DNA of 64,000 nucleotides from the IMG/VR virus record IMGVR_UViG_3300013383_000021, positions 27,767-91,766 of that record; one strand, written 5' to 3'. Both the position numbers and the translations under genes were made by a program. Origin of the DNA: a virus. Its lineage: Duplodnaviria > Heunggongvirae > Uroviricota > Caudoviricetes. Below the pieces are notes generated by a model. The model was not told the origin of the DNA and ran no database searches. It saw only the letters and a program-made list of their open reading frames with translations. Positions 47,579-57,142 of the stretch are shown here, in pieces (positions within the stretch are counted from its first letter, which is position 1; each line of letters opens with the position of its first letter).

Positions 47579-48112
47579 CTAGTTTGTAATCCATTTGACC
47601 CATACGCCATCTTGCTTCTTCCAAACAATCTGGTTACTGCTACCACGGAACTGCAGGGTGACATCTCGCTTATCAATCTCAAACCTTCCGTCTACCACCA
47701 CATCACAGCTCCCAATCACATCTCTTCTCAAAAGGAGGCTCTCGTTTGCCTTCCTGTTGCAGATGTTCAGATTCGGGTTAAGGATTTCTTCCATGGTGTA
47801 TCCCGTATAAATCCAAATTGTTTTTTCAGGGAACGCACCCTTCAACTCTCTTGCTAATTCCAAAACGTCTTGCAAATTTTCATATGCAAGTGGCTCTCCC
47901 CCAAGGATTGAAACCCTCTTTATATACGGTTTACTTGCAAGTATTAAGAGCTTATTTTTCACCTCAGTTGTAAACTCTTTGCCGCCATCGAACGCCCACG
48001 CCCCAGGGTTAAAGCACCCTGGGCAGCGGAACGAACATCCTTGCACAAAGACGGAGACGCCTGCGTGTTTGCCATTGCATATTTCAAACGGAACAATCTG
48101 CGCATATCTCAT
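47579..48112 (-). CDS. nrdG: anaerobic ribonucleotide reductase activating protein (radical SAM)
   Basis: CSFRCPGC CxxxCxxC cluster. Overlaps the nrdD stop (ATGA). Confidence 0.8.
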   Translation of the reverse strand: MRYAQIVPFEICNGKHAGVSVFVQGCSFRCPGCFNPGAWAFDGGKEFTTEVKNKLLILASKPYIKRVSILGGEPLAYENLQDVLELARELKGAFPEKTIWIYTGYTMEEILNPNLNICNRKANESLLLRRDVIGSCDVVVDGRFEIDKRDVTLQFRGSSNQIVWKKQDGVWVKWITN

Positions 48113-48591
48113 TACAGAATCACCCCGCTATGTTTTGTTCTCATAGAAACCTCTTGCTGTTTACCTTCATTAAACGCTGTCGTGTAATCGCCTGTGAGAT
48201 ACCCGGTCACTCTTCTCAATCTCTGGATCTTGTTGCCGCCGCACATAGGACAAACATCTGAGATTTCATCCGTATAACCGCAGCCCATACAAGTATCGTT
48301 CGGGACATTCACCGCAAAATAGGGGATGTCCTTATCTATTGCGTAGTTAACAATGTCCTCTAGCGCCTCCAGGTTGTTTTTTACTGTTGAGTCTAACTCG
48401 ATATATGTGATGCATCCAGCGCTTGAATACCCGGTCAACTGGGCTTCAAGGTCAATCTTTTCGTAAGGGGTCATTTCCTCCCATACGGGGATATGCATCG
48501 AGTTAGTAAAGAATTTTTTGTCTGACACGTTCGGAATTTCGCCGTATTTTTCTTTGAACTTCTTCATAGATGTGTAACAAAGATTTTCCGC
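48112..48591 (-). CDS. nrdD: nrdD exon 4 (C-terminal Zn ribbon and glycyl-radical domain)
   Basis: AENLCY... CMGCGYTDEISDVCPMCGG... RRVTGYLTG (glycyl radical motif RVxGY). Confidence 0.75.
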   Translation of the reverse strand, partial: AENLCYTSMKKFKEKYGEIPNVSDKKFFTNSMHIPVWEEMTPYEKIDLEAQLTGYSSAGCITYIELDSTVKNNLEALEDIVNYAIDKDIPYFAVNVPNDTCMGCGYTDEISDVCPMCGGNKIQRLRRVTGYLTGDYTTAFNEGKQQEVSMRTKHSGVIL

Positions 48592-49568
48592 CATAAATGG
48601 ACTATGTTTTCACCCTAGGCACTCTAGGGGCCTGGTCTTTCGGGCTTGCACCCTACTCTACTCGCTTCTTACTTTCGATAGTCTCTACACATTTACAATA
48701 AACATTTTAGATTTTTATTCTTTTAAACCAAACGGGTGCTTTGCTCCATTCGGCTTTCCCTCTTTTTATCATGCCGTTAATATTAGAAATGCCATAGTGC
48801 CGTTCTGCTAAAGCCGCGCTGGCAAAACGCTTGACTTCTTCATCCGTCTCACGATCATAAGCCGCAACAATCTCATGTTCTCTCGGGCCCTCACCGTGAA
48901 ATGTGAAGTATGTCTGTTTTCTTAGCTTGTCACCTTTGTCCCTACATTGCCGCGCGATTGTCGAGGCATGAATACCTGTTGCCCGCGCCGCCTCTTTAAC
49001 CGACCCAAATTCTGCTATAAGTATATTTGTTGCAGAGTCATATTGATCAACAGGCATACTTTGGGAGTCTTCCCAACCCATGTCGTTTTTTGCTAGCCCG
49101 TCATCAAACGCTTGCTTTGTATTTTCTGAGATAGTTCCCCATCTTAGATTACTCATGTCGTTATTTTTCTTGTCATTGTCAATATGCATTACTATTGGCA
49201 AGCCACATGGATTAGGAATAAATGCGTTAGCCACAAGTCTATGTACTCGTTTACTAATGTTCTTACCGGGGTATTTTATTCCGCAATACCAATAGCCGTG
49301 GTTTGAATATTTTGCCTTAAGAAAATATTCCCCTAGACGTGGATTACCTTGTCTAGTTTCTACTCCATACACATTACCTCTTGGGTCTATGTAATCCAAC
49401 GCTCCTTCAATCAGAGCCGCGTCTTCTGGTAGCTTGTTTATGTAATTTGTCAAACAACCACCTTTCTTTTTTTATGTAAAATGTTTATTGATTTAGCACG
49501 GCGTTCTTGGATTCGCCGTTTTAGCCAGGTTTTTCATTTCACCTTTCGATGAAAGCCCCCACGGATTC
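48592..49568 (-). mobile_element. group I intron 3 of nrdD carrying an HNH homing endonuclease
   Basis: Exon frames are rejoined as YFTP|AENLCY (T4 NrdD: STPAENLCY). 5' splice site follows U. The intron ends in G. R-like gagactatcg and S-like atagtcc elements lie on the - strand. Confidence 0.65.
48707..49453 (-). CDS. HNH homing endonuclease (intron-encoded) with C-terminal NUMOD-like DNA-binding region
   Basis: HRLVANAF...HIDNDKKNNDMSNLRWGTISEN. Confidence 0.8.
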   Translation of the reverse strand: MTNYINKLPEDAALIEGALDYIDPRGNVYGVETRQGNPRLGEYFLKAKYSNHGYWYCGIKYPGKNISKRVHRLVANAFIPNPCGLPIVMHIDNDKKNNDMSNLRWGTISENTKQAFDDGLAKNDMGWEDSQSMPVDQYDSATNILIAEFGSVKEAARATGIHASTIARQCRDKGDKLRKQTYFTFHGEGPREHEIVAAYDRETDEEVKRFASAALAERHYGISNINGMIKRGKAEWSKAPVWFKRIKI

Positions 49569-50117
49569 AGGGGTAAAATACACACCAAAGTTCAATTTAT
49601 ATTTTTCTTTAAACTTCGCGCATCTCTCCTTAAATAAAGCCTCGATATGTTTTGCTAAGGCCATACCTTGCGGTGTTGTGTGATTACACCCGATAAGAAT
49701 TTGTAAAGCTTCCGCTAGGCCGATCTGGCCCACGGCCAAAGTTCCATGTTTTAGGGCAGATTGGATACCCTCTTCGGGGATATACCCCTCCATAATTCTG
49801 TTATCATACATAAACTTTGCAGACTCCGGTGGCTGAGAACAAACCAGCTCAAATCGCTCAAGCAGCATGTCTTTAGCTTCGTAGATTTTCTTATCAAGCA
49901 AACTCATAAACTCTCTCACGCAATCGTATAGCATTACGTCGTCGCAATTTGTTCTGTCAATGATCGCTAACGGGGTAAATCTATTGTCCTCCTCGACCTT
50001 CTTCACTGCCTCAATAGCAAGGGTTGGGAGAATAATTGTGACCGGGCAGATATTACCTCTGCCGTCTTTCAGTTGGCCAAGACCGTTGATATCAAACCCG
50101 TTTGCAGTACGGCATCC
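49569..50117 (-). CDS. nrdD: nrdD exon 3
   Basis: GCRTANGFDINGLGQLKDGRGNICPVTIILPTLAI... and TLAVGQIGLAEAL...FGVYFTP align with T4 NrdD MGCRSF...DGRNNLGVVTLNLPRIAL and SLGYIGIHE...FSLYSTP. Confidence 0.7.
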
Positions 50118-50446
50118 CCAATATGTTCATACAAGTTCGCTACGCTTGTACCGTCCTCCAAGGACCGCTATATGTTGCCATATAGTTCAGACTATGTCAT
50201 ACCCCTGTATTGCTCTATCCTTTACAGGGGCCTCATCTTTTCGCGTCGCTTGACGCTACTCTACTCACTTCTTTGCACCAGTGTTTCTCTTGTGCTATGT
50301 TTTCGATAGTCGTTTAGCTTTTAACCAGCCTCAAACAGGTATTTAGCACGTGGTTATCCTTATGCCGATTTTATAAGGACTTCCCATGTTTAGATGAGTT
50401 TTTCAAAACACATTGCTGCGTTAAGCCACAGTTTCTTTATGGTGCT
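50118..50446 (-). mobile_element. group I intron 2 of nrdD (ORF-less, approx. 330 nt)
   Basis: Removes the in-frame stop between exon 2 (...DNPCTYF) and exon 3 ((G)CRTANGF). Carries R-like cgactatcg and S-like atagtct elements, and the ctactctactc motif shared with intron 3. Confidence 0.6.
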
Positions 50447-50738
50447 AAAGTATGTACAAGGATTATCTTTGTCATACCCTTCGTTACCTGACCAGTCTAC
50501 ATTCGCGTAGTTCGGGTACAACCTTTGCGCGGTAGACTTCAGTGCTAATTGAAACAAGTCATAGTTTGGATCTCCAGGTTTTCTGTTAATACCTCGTTTA
50601 CACTGAAAGATTCCGCAAGGAAAAATAGGAGTCTTGTGCAGCTTCCCCGTCCCGTTAATAGAGTTCTCTAGAAGTGCTTTAATTACCATCCTGCCCTCTG
50701 GGAGTGTACAAGTCCCATAATTCAATGAAGTGAAAGGT
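50447..50738 (-). CDS. nrdD: nrdD exon 2
   Basis: PFTSLNYGTCTLPEGRMVIKALLEN...KTPIFP...DPNYDLFQLAL...YP aligns with T4 NrdD TPFVTITFGTGTDWTERMIQKAILKN...ITPIFPK...DPNYDIKQLAL. Confidence 0.7.
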
Positions 50739-51903
50739 CAAATTTGTTATCATAAAAGTTTATTATCTTTTACCTCCGGAGCTTTCGCCCTTTTACCCAC
50801 CATCATTTGGTGGCGGTTCAGCATACGTATTCATCTTCGGCTTCACCCGTTAAGATGCGGACACTCTTGGCGGTATTATATTCTCTATACGAGGGTCAAC
50901 CGCTATGCGTTACGATACCATAGGATTTTTATTTCCTTTGGTTATCTCGGCGCTACCATATTTGTACGCTTCTGCGTACACTAAATCACAAAGACGCTTT
51001 TTTCTTTCCATATACACATGTGCGTCATCATACATATAATCTATTAGCTTTAACATGCTACTGTTTTTTCTATATGCTATCGACCACAGGTTATCTTTTT
51101 CTCTATAAAGGTTCACCTTTTCAACCTCGGCATTAGCGAATAGGAACTCGACCAAGTCTTCTAGAAATTGTTTGTTCCCTTTGCAAAAACGAACCGCTTT
51201 CGTGTGGGACTTTCTTCCATGTGCCGCTCTTGAGTAATACGACACAGAACCGTCCCCGTCCAGTACCCCTCTGATAAAATGTCTGTAGAACTGTTTCGGG
51301 ATATTTTTGGGGAACGCAACAGAAAGAGATCTGTCCGGTGCGATACCATACTGCTTTAAATCAGTCACCATCTTACTCGACAGTATGCTTAACGAACAAC
51401 AGCCCCGCCCATCTCCTGTCACTCTTTTGTTCGAATTAAGCTCTTCTTTTAGCTTCTCTAGTAAGTAGGCGTCTGATTTTTGGAGCGTCAGCGAGACTAG
51501 TGGTTGTCTGCCTTTTGTGCTATGAATACAGCCGTCTGTTATGATCAGCCCTAAAAAGTACGCTTTACATTCTGTGTTAATCGTCTCGAAATAATCCTCT
51601 ATTAAATCAGGCGAAAACAAACGCACTTTTGAGTATCTCTTAACGCGGTATTCATTCAGCACCTTTATTACGGATGGTATACTAATATTGAACGTCTCCA
51701 CAAGATGCTCAAGAGTCATTGGTCTGCTCTTGTAGTATCTAACCAGCGCTTCTTTCACTTCCTTTGTTATATGCTTTGGTATATCTCTCACCTTCTTTCT
51801 GCGACATACAGCGATGATATAAAATGATTTGTGATTTATTAGGCTCCGCCGATATTGCCCTTTATTGTTTCAGTATATTTCTATAAAGCCAGCCACTTAT
51901 CTT
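50739..51903 (-). mobile_element. group I intron 1 of nrdD carrying a LAGLIDADG homing endonuclease
   Basis: Proposed junction ...SRSGNQ(L)|PFTSLNYG. 5' splice site after tt. The intron ends in G. Stop codons lie on both sides of the endonuclease ORF, so this is not an intein. Confidence 0.6.
50910..51791 (-). CDS. double-motif LAGLIDADG homing endonuclease (intron-encoded)
   Basis: AYFLGLIITDGCI and FIRGVLDGDGSV. Confidence 0.85.
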   Translation of the reverse strand: MRDIPKHITKEVKEALVRYYKSRPMTLEHLVETFNISIPSVIKVLNEYRVKRYSKVRLFSPDLIEDYFETINTECKAYFLGLIITDGCIHSTKGRQPLVSLTLQKSDAYLLEKLKEELNSNKRVTGDGRGCCSLSILSSKMVTDLKQYGIAPDRSLSVAFPKNIPKQFYRHFIRGVLDGDGSVSYYSRAAHGRKSHTKAVRFCKGNKQFLEDLVEFLFANAEVEKVNLYREKDNLWSIAYRKNSSMLKLIDYMYDDAHVYMERKKRLCDLVYAEAYKYGSAEITKGNKNPMVS

Positions 51904-52886
51904 AACTGGTTTCCACTTCTTGATTGCAGTGTGTTAAGGTTATGGTACATGCCCTCAGCCGCTTGCATGGTTTCACGTTCCGTCATTTTCAAAGCATACC
52001 GATATACCCTGTCGTTTTTCTTCCAGAACGGATCGTCAATACTCCTATCTTTGTCCGAGCCTTTCATAGAGAAGAGTTTCGAATTAGTATCGTCGCATAA
52101 CCATTCAAGTCCATCCCTGTAGTGTTTCCAAAAACTCTTTCTTACATATGGAACCATTGTCCAGTCAATATGGCTCGCAGAGACACCACCATATTGCTGG
52201 AGGCTCTGCAGCTGGAAGATAACAGCAACCAACTGAAAGGCCGTCCCTACAGAACCAGCAGAACGAATGTCGGTTTGCCTTGTATCAAATCCATTTTCCA
52301 GCAATTTATCAAAAGGAATTGTGAGACAGTTGTGACTGCCCACCGCATAGCTTGACAAGTCATGGATATAAATCTCATTGTTCAAATGATTATTTCTCGC
52401 CATCTCTGACATGCAATAATCCAGCGCGTATTGCTTCATAACAACAGCGTTTGCCTCGCCCATACGCCCACCAAACGATCTCTCGTCAACATTTGCATTC
52501 TGGTTTTGCACGTTGCTCGCCATAAGCTTCTCAGATACGGCTTTAATTAGGTCACTGCCACGCTCTCTAGCTTTCGTCCGCTCATTTCTATATAAGATGT
52601 ACGCTTTCGCCACATCTTTTCTGTCGGACTCCATAAGTTTGGCTTCAACAATGTCCTGAATTTCCTCGACAGACTTGCTTTGCTTCATTTCAGCAGTCAC
52701 AGCAACCGCAATTTCCCTTGCAACAGCTGCACATTGCCCATTTTCTTCCCCATCGACGCTCACAAACGCCTTCTTCACCGCTTCTTCTATCTTTTTAGGG
52801 GAAAATTTCTCTAACCGACCGTCTCTTTTGATTACAAATAGCTCGATAATCAACCACAACCTTCCACAATTTCGCTTGCGACCCAA
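51904..52886 (-). CDS. nrdD: nrdD exon 1 (ATP-cone and N-terminal catalytic region)
   Basis: VIKRDGRLEKFSPKKIEEAV (ATP-cone). NANVDERSFGG. IYIHDL. The start codon is uncertain because the region upstream of the ATP-cone is poorly defined. Confidence 0.75.
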
Positions 52887-53395
52887 TCTGCAGCCGATTC
52901 CAGGCTTTCCAGCGTCAAATTTTCGACCACATAGTCAAAATCGTAGTCGTCAAGCTCGTTTTCTGATTTATGTCTACGCCAAAACGCCGTTTCATCACCG
53001 CAATCCATTCTCTCAATACGCACAGTCACGGTTTTGAACGCCGTTTTCACTTTTTCTACTTCATTTTTGAACCGAGCGTCGGAAATCAGCACGATATCCC
53101 ACCGATATCCGATAGAGTGCAGGGTGTCAATCATAAAGTTCACAAAAAAGTCCTCATTGTTTGCTCTGAATGCGTCCCCAGTTACCTGGAGAAGCTCTCT
53201 GCCGCAAGGATCCTTCTTACCGTCCCAGCTAAAGTAACTACGGAGAATGTATTTTAAAGAATCGGCATAATGAGTCGTGCAAACCTTCTTCTCGTACGCC
53301 TGCTCAAGCTCGTTTGTCAGCATTTTCGCAAACGTGTCCTTGCCAGAACCGGCTTTTCCTGAAATCAGGACGACCAAAGGGTCTTGACTCTTCAT
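52850..53395 (-). CDS. deoxynucleoside monophosphate kinase (T4 gp1-like)
   Basis: P-loop LISGKAGSGKDT resembles T4 dNMP kinase LSGVKRSGKDT. Confidence 0.65.
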   Translation of the reverse strand: MKSQDPLVVLISGKAGSGKDTFAKMLTNELEQAYEKKVCTTHYADSLKYILRSYFSWDGKKDPCGRELLQVTGDAFRANNEDFFVNFMIDTLHSIGYRWDIVLISDARFKNEVEKVKTAFKTVTVRIERMDCGDETAFWRRHKSENELDDYDFDYVVENLTLESLESAADWVASEIVEGCG

Positions 53396-53718
53396 ACTAC
53401 TCCCTCCTCGGTCAAATTACTTAGCACTAACCACACTTCGTCGTCCGGAATGTCCTTATTGCTGACCATTGGAGATCTTTCAATCCAATCATACTGGCAC
53501 TTCGCGTCCCAGCTCTTCTTCTGCGGACTGTACCGGTCAACTCTGTTCTGCATATACAGCAGGAGCTTATAGCAATTACCTTCACTCATGTAAACGTCTA
53601 GCGGAGAAGCGTGAAGGCGGTTCATATCGTAGGACAACCCCTCCACACCCTTAAAGAAATCCGCCACACACGTAATTAGTTTGAATTCTTCAATGTCGTA
53701 CTTGTATTTCTTGATCAT
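53392..53718 (-). CDS. hypothetical protein
   Basis: 108-aa ORF. Translationally coupled to its neighbours. Confidence 0.45.
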   Translation of the reverse strand: MIKKYKYDIEEFKLITCVADFFKGVEGLSYDMNRLHASPLDVYMSEGNCYKLLLYMQNRVDRYSPQKKSWDAKCQYDWIERSPMVSNKDIPDDEVWLVLSNLTEEGVV

Positions 53719-53924
53719 TCTTCCTCCATGAATGGGTCAACCGCAAAATCAATACGGTTTACAATTTTATCAAAGCATTTGTAACACAAAGTGCAGCTGA
53801 ACCGCAGCCCGTCATAGATACTGCCATATCCAACCTCTCCGAGGTCAATATCGAAGTGGTTGACCAAGCCGGACTCGTTTAGTTTGCGGCCACACACGTT
53901 ACATTTCTTATGTATATTATTCAT
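53715..53924 (-). CDS. small Cys4 zinc-ribbon protein
   Basis: CNVCGRKL...CTLCYKCF. Confidence 0.45.
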   Translation of the reverse strand: MNNIHKKCNVCGRKLNESGLVNHFDIDLGEVGYGSIYDGLRFSCTLCYKCFDKIVNRIDFAVDPFMEEE

Positions 53925-54004
53925 TTTATAAAAACTCCTGTTGTAATAGTTGCTCCCACCAGCAAGGCGGGCTTCTGTTGTTCAAAAACTTTTCTGCGAT
54001 TGCA

Positions 54005-57000
54005 TCACTCCAATACTTTGTAGTCGTTCAAATACCAATACCCCTTCTTGTTTTTGTACAGACCCGCACCAAACAGGATATTGTATTGAGCGAAAGGCTT
54101 CTTATCAAAAATAGACTTACGAACCGTGAGTCTTGCCTCGTTACCAGTGCCGATAGACCGCACTGTCGTGGCAACACCCCACACTCCGCTAGGTCCGTTC
54201 AGGTCAAACGTCTCAAGAACAAGTAACTTTCTTCTATCTTGCGGATCATTGGTCGTGATATCTATGTACCCCATTAGTCCAAGCTGATCCATGATCCTGC
54301 TCCTCACATCAGCCTCTTCAATACCAAGACTTAGAACATTGCGCTCACATTCCTCCAACAAGCCGGGCATATCTGTGATTGTATAAGACTTTAGCTCATT
54401 GCTTTTCACGCCAACGTCTGTAGCGTGTCGCTTTACGATTTTACACATCGGCCCTTCTTTAAGCTTTGTCTTCTTAATAGATTTGGCCACGCCATCATTA
54501 AAGAACTTGAAGATGTCGTACATTCTTTGCAACTCACGGGTGTTGCCATACTCAGAAAAAAAGCCTATCCGAATTAGATTTAGCAGTTGCCGCTCATTGC
54601 ATGACGTCTCTGACCGAATTCTAAGAAGTGTTTCCATAAATGACTCCGGTTTCTTCTGGTGATACATGGCATAGAGTTGCTGCGGCACAACTTTGTTAAG
54701 ATACTTTACAGAGCTGATGCCTTTAGACACAATCTTTCTATCCGGGTCAAACATGTACTGGTCAGATGATGCACCAAACACCGGAGGTGTAATCTTCAGC
54801 CCGTATATCTGTGCAAGCTTAGTGCCATTTCTAATATCCTCATCTTTCGCAGGGTTGTTCAGATAACTTGTCACGAATTCATACGGATGATAGCAACGCA
54901 ACCACGCGCACAAAAAGCCGACCAGACAATAGCTGATAGAGTGATTGTAGTTAAACATATATCTTGAGCTGTCCTTGATAACCTGGATGAACTCTTTTGC
55001 TTCCTCCTCGGCGATGACCCTTGGTTTATCTGACTTCTGACAATAGCCCTCTAAGATTTTAGGAAGAGCGGCCTCCAGTTCGTCTTCATGCTTTCTTGCA
55101 ATGTGACAACGTACTGTATCGGCCTCACCACCAGATAGCCCACAAACCTCCTGCAAGAACTTGATAATGTCTTCCTGATACACTAGTCTGCCATACTGAT
55201 CTTTTAGCAGTTCGTCAATCAGTGGGGACGGATTCTTATGTGGGATTCTAGCGATCAATTCTTCTCTGTATGATGCACCACCAGGTCGAATGCACGCTGT
55301 CACCAACGACATATCAAAGATTGACTTTGTGTTAAAGTCCTTCAGCATCTTACCTGCAAAGGGAGACTCCATCTGGAAGATACCAATGTTGGAAACCATC
55401 ATATCTTCCCAAACTCTCTGGTCGTCCCAATCTATTTCGTGTGACTTTGGGTATGGAATGTTCGCCAGTTTGCAAGCATCACGAATAATTTGTAGTGTGT
55501 TTAGAACAAGCATGTCATACTTAACGAGAGATACTTCGTGGATTTCTTCCATGTCAATCTGGAGCACAATACCACTATCCTTGTGATGAAAAACGCCATA
55601 GTTATCATCTAGTGTAACCGGGCTAATTACGATGCCAGCCGGGTGTACAGATTGTGACACTCTTGTATTCAGGAACCCGTCAAAATAATAGAACATTTCC
55701 TTGTATTTCCCTCTGCACGTCTCTGCGTCCTTTCCGTAATCTGCTTTTATCTTTGCCGCTAGACTCACTGGATATGGGTTTTCGTTTTTGTCCGCTTCCG
55801 GATGTTGCTCTGTCCATTTATGTCTTAACCCACGCACAATCTCTTCGATAGTCGCCAAGCCTTTTAATGTGCCGCATGATGGAACGAACGCAGTCTTCCG
55901 TTGCCCGAATCGTTCAATAATGTAATTGAAGATCTTAGGCCGGTCATCTTCAATAACGTCTGTGTCGATATCACCCACTTCAATTCGGTCCTCATTGCAA
56001 AAGCGGCTGAATACCGTGTGCCATGTTTCCGGGTTAACGTCTGTAATATCTGTCACATAAGCAACTCTTGACCCAGCTACACTGCCACGCCCAGGACCTG
56101 TTACAATCCCATTCTCATGGCACCATGTAAGGATCTCGCTCATGGATTGCATGAACCCGCACATCCCAAGTTTTGTGAATACTCTAAGTTCTTCTTTAAT
56201 TGCGTCTCGGAACGCTTGCTCTTGCTCTCTTGGGATGATTCCGGCCTCTAACTTTGCTTCTAGCTTTTCGTTAATATTCTGGATAAATTTTTCTCTATCC
56301 TCTTCTGCAGACCCATAAAGGATTGGGTATTTCAAAGAAGTGTCTAATTCAAACTCCTCAACCTGATTTGCCATCAAGACTGTATTGTCTATCGCGGCTT
56401 GCCACACTTCTTCTGGGATAGAGTCCTGCTTTCTAAATGCTTCTTCCAATTCCTCGCGCGACTTATACGTTAGATCAAAATCATCTTCCGTGTCATAATG
56501 TTTGTTCTTTGCATAAGCAAGTAACGATCGGCATTCAGCGTAGTATTGGTCGATGCTGTGTGTGTCTGTTGCCGCAATCAAAGGAATGCCATACCTCTGA
56601 GACAACGCTGCCAGATGTCTGTTGTAGACAACCTGATCTTCACAGTCGTGCGGTTGAATCTCGAGGTAGTCATACTTCTTTACGAGCTTCTCGTAGTACG
56701 GGTGGCTTACATCCAGCTTGTTCAGCGGCGAAGCTAAACAAGCGGACATCTTGATAATGTTCGGAGAGATATTCAAGAACTCATCAAATGAAAGCCGCCC
56801 AACATAGTATTTGTGATCCTCGTCGGTTGACATACTGAGCAACTTATTGAGTTCCAAAAAACCTTGCCGGTTCTTCGCTATCAGAATTGTGTGGTAGTTA
56901 TCTCTTACTTTCTCCTGCAGAGAGTCCGTTAAATAAATCTCCACACCATGCAGGTACTTGATACCTGCTGCATCGCAAGCCATCTTCTTGGCAACCCATC

Positions 57001-57139
57001 CACGGGTATTGCCGTGCTCAGTAAAACAAATAGCTTTTTGTCCGAGCTGCTTTGCCTTCTCTACGTAAAGGTTAAAATCTGTCGTCGAGTCCAACAGCGA
57101 ATAGTCACTGTGAACATGGTACGCAACATAGTTGTCCAA
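54005..57139 (-). CDS. DNA polymerase III alpha-subunit-like replicative polymerase (DnaE/PolC family)
   Basis: N-terminal PHP domain AYHVHSDYSLLDSTTDF...CFTEHGN. 1044 aa, uninterrupted. Confidence 0.85.
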   Translation of the reverse strand: MDNYVAYHVHSDYSLLDSTTDFNLYVEKAKQLGQKAICFTEHGNTRGWVAKKMACDAAGIKYLHGVEIYLTDSLQEKVRDNYHTILIAKNRQGFLELNKLLSMSTDEDHKYYVGRLSFDEFLNISPNIIKMSACLASPLNKLDVSHPYYEKLVKKYDYLEIQPHDCEDQVVYNRHLAALSQRYGIPLIAATDTHSIDQYYAECRSLLAYAKNKHYDTEDDFDLTYKSREELEEAFRKQDSIPEEVWQAAIDNTVLMANQVEEFELDTSLKYPILYGSAEEDREKFIQNINEKLEAKLEAGIIPREQEQAFRDAIKEELRVFTKLGMCGFMQSMSEILTWCHENGIVTGPGRGSVAGSRVAYVTDITDVNPETWHTVFSRFCNEDRIEVGDIDTDVIEDDRPKIFNYIIERFGQRKTAFVPSCGTLKGLATIEEIVRGLRHKWTEQHPEADKNENPYPVSLAAKIKADYGKDAETCRGKYKEMFYYFDGFLNTRVSQSVHPAGIVISPVTLDDNYGVFHHKDSGIVLQIDMEEIHEVSLVKYDMLVLNTLQIIRDACKLANIPYPKSHEIDWDDQRVWEDMMVSNIGIFQMESPFAGKMLKDFNTKSIFDMSLVTACIRPGGASYREELIARIPHKNPSPLIDELLKDQYGRLVYQEDIIKFLQEVCGLSGGEADTVRCHIARKHEDELEAALPKILEGYCQKSDKPRVIAEEEAKEFIQVIKDSSRYMFNYNHSISYCLVGFLCAWLRCYHPYEFVTSYLNNPAKDEDIRNGTKLAQIYGLKITPPVFGASSDQYMFDPDRKIVSKGISSVKYLNKVVPQQLYAMYHQKKPESFMETLLRIRSETSCNERQLLNLIRIGFFSEYGNTRELQRMYDIFKFFNDGVAKSIKKTKLKEGPMCKIVKRHATDVGVKSNELKSYTITDMPGLLEECERNVLSLGIEEADVRSRIMDQLGLMGYIDITTNDPQDRRKLLVLETFDLNGPSGVWGVATTVRSIGTGNEARLTVRKSIFDKKPFAQYNILFGAGLYKNKKGYWYLNDYKVLE

Positions 57140-57142
57140 CCA

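Noticed and set aside
48640-50330. Repeated ctactctactc/ttcgatagtc motif, which might be a CRISPR-like or dispersed repeat
   Set aside because: It occurs once per intron, at equivalent positions in two non-coding insertions within nrdD. It matches group I intron core elements rather than a spacer-repeat array.
50910-51791. The LAGLIDADG ORF as an intein within NrdD
   Set aside because: The ORF is bounded by in-frame stops on both sides and is not in frame with the flanking exons. This favours a free-standing intron-encoded endonuclease.
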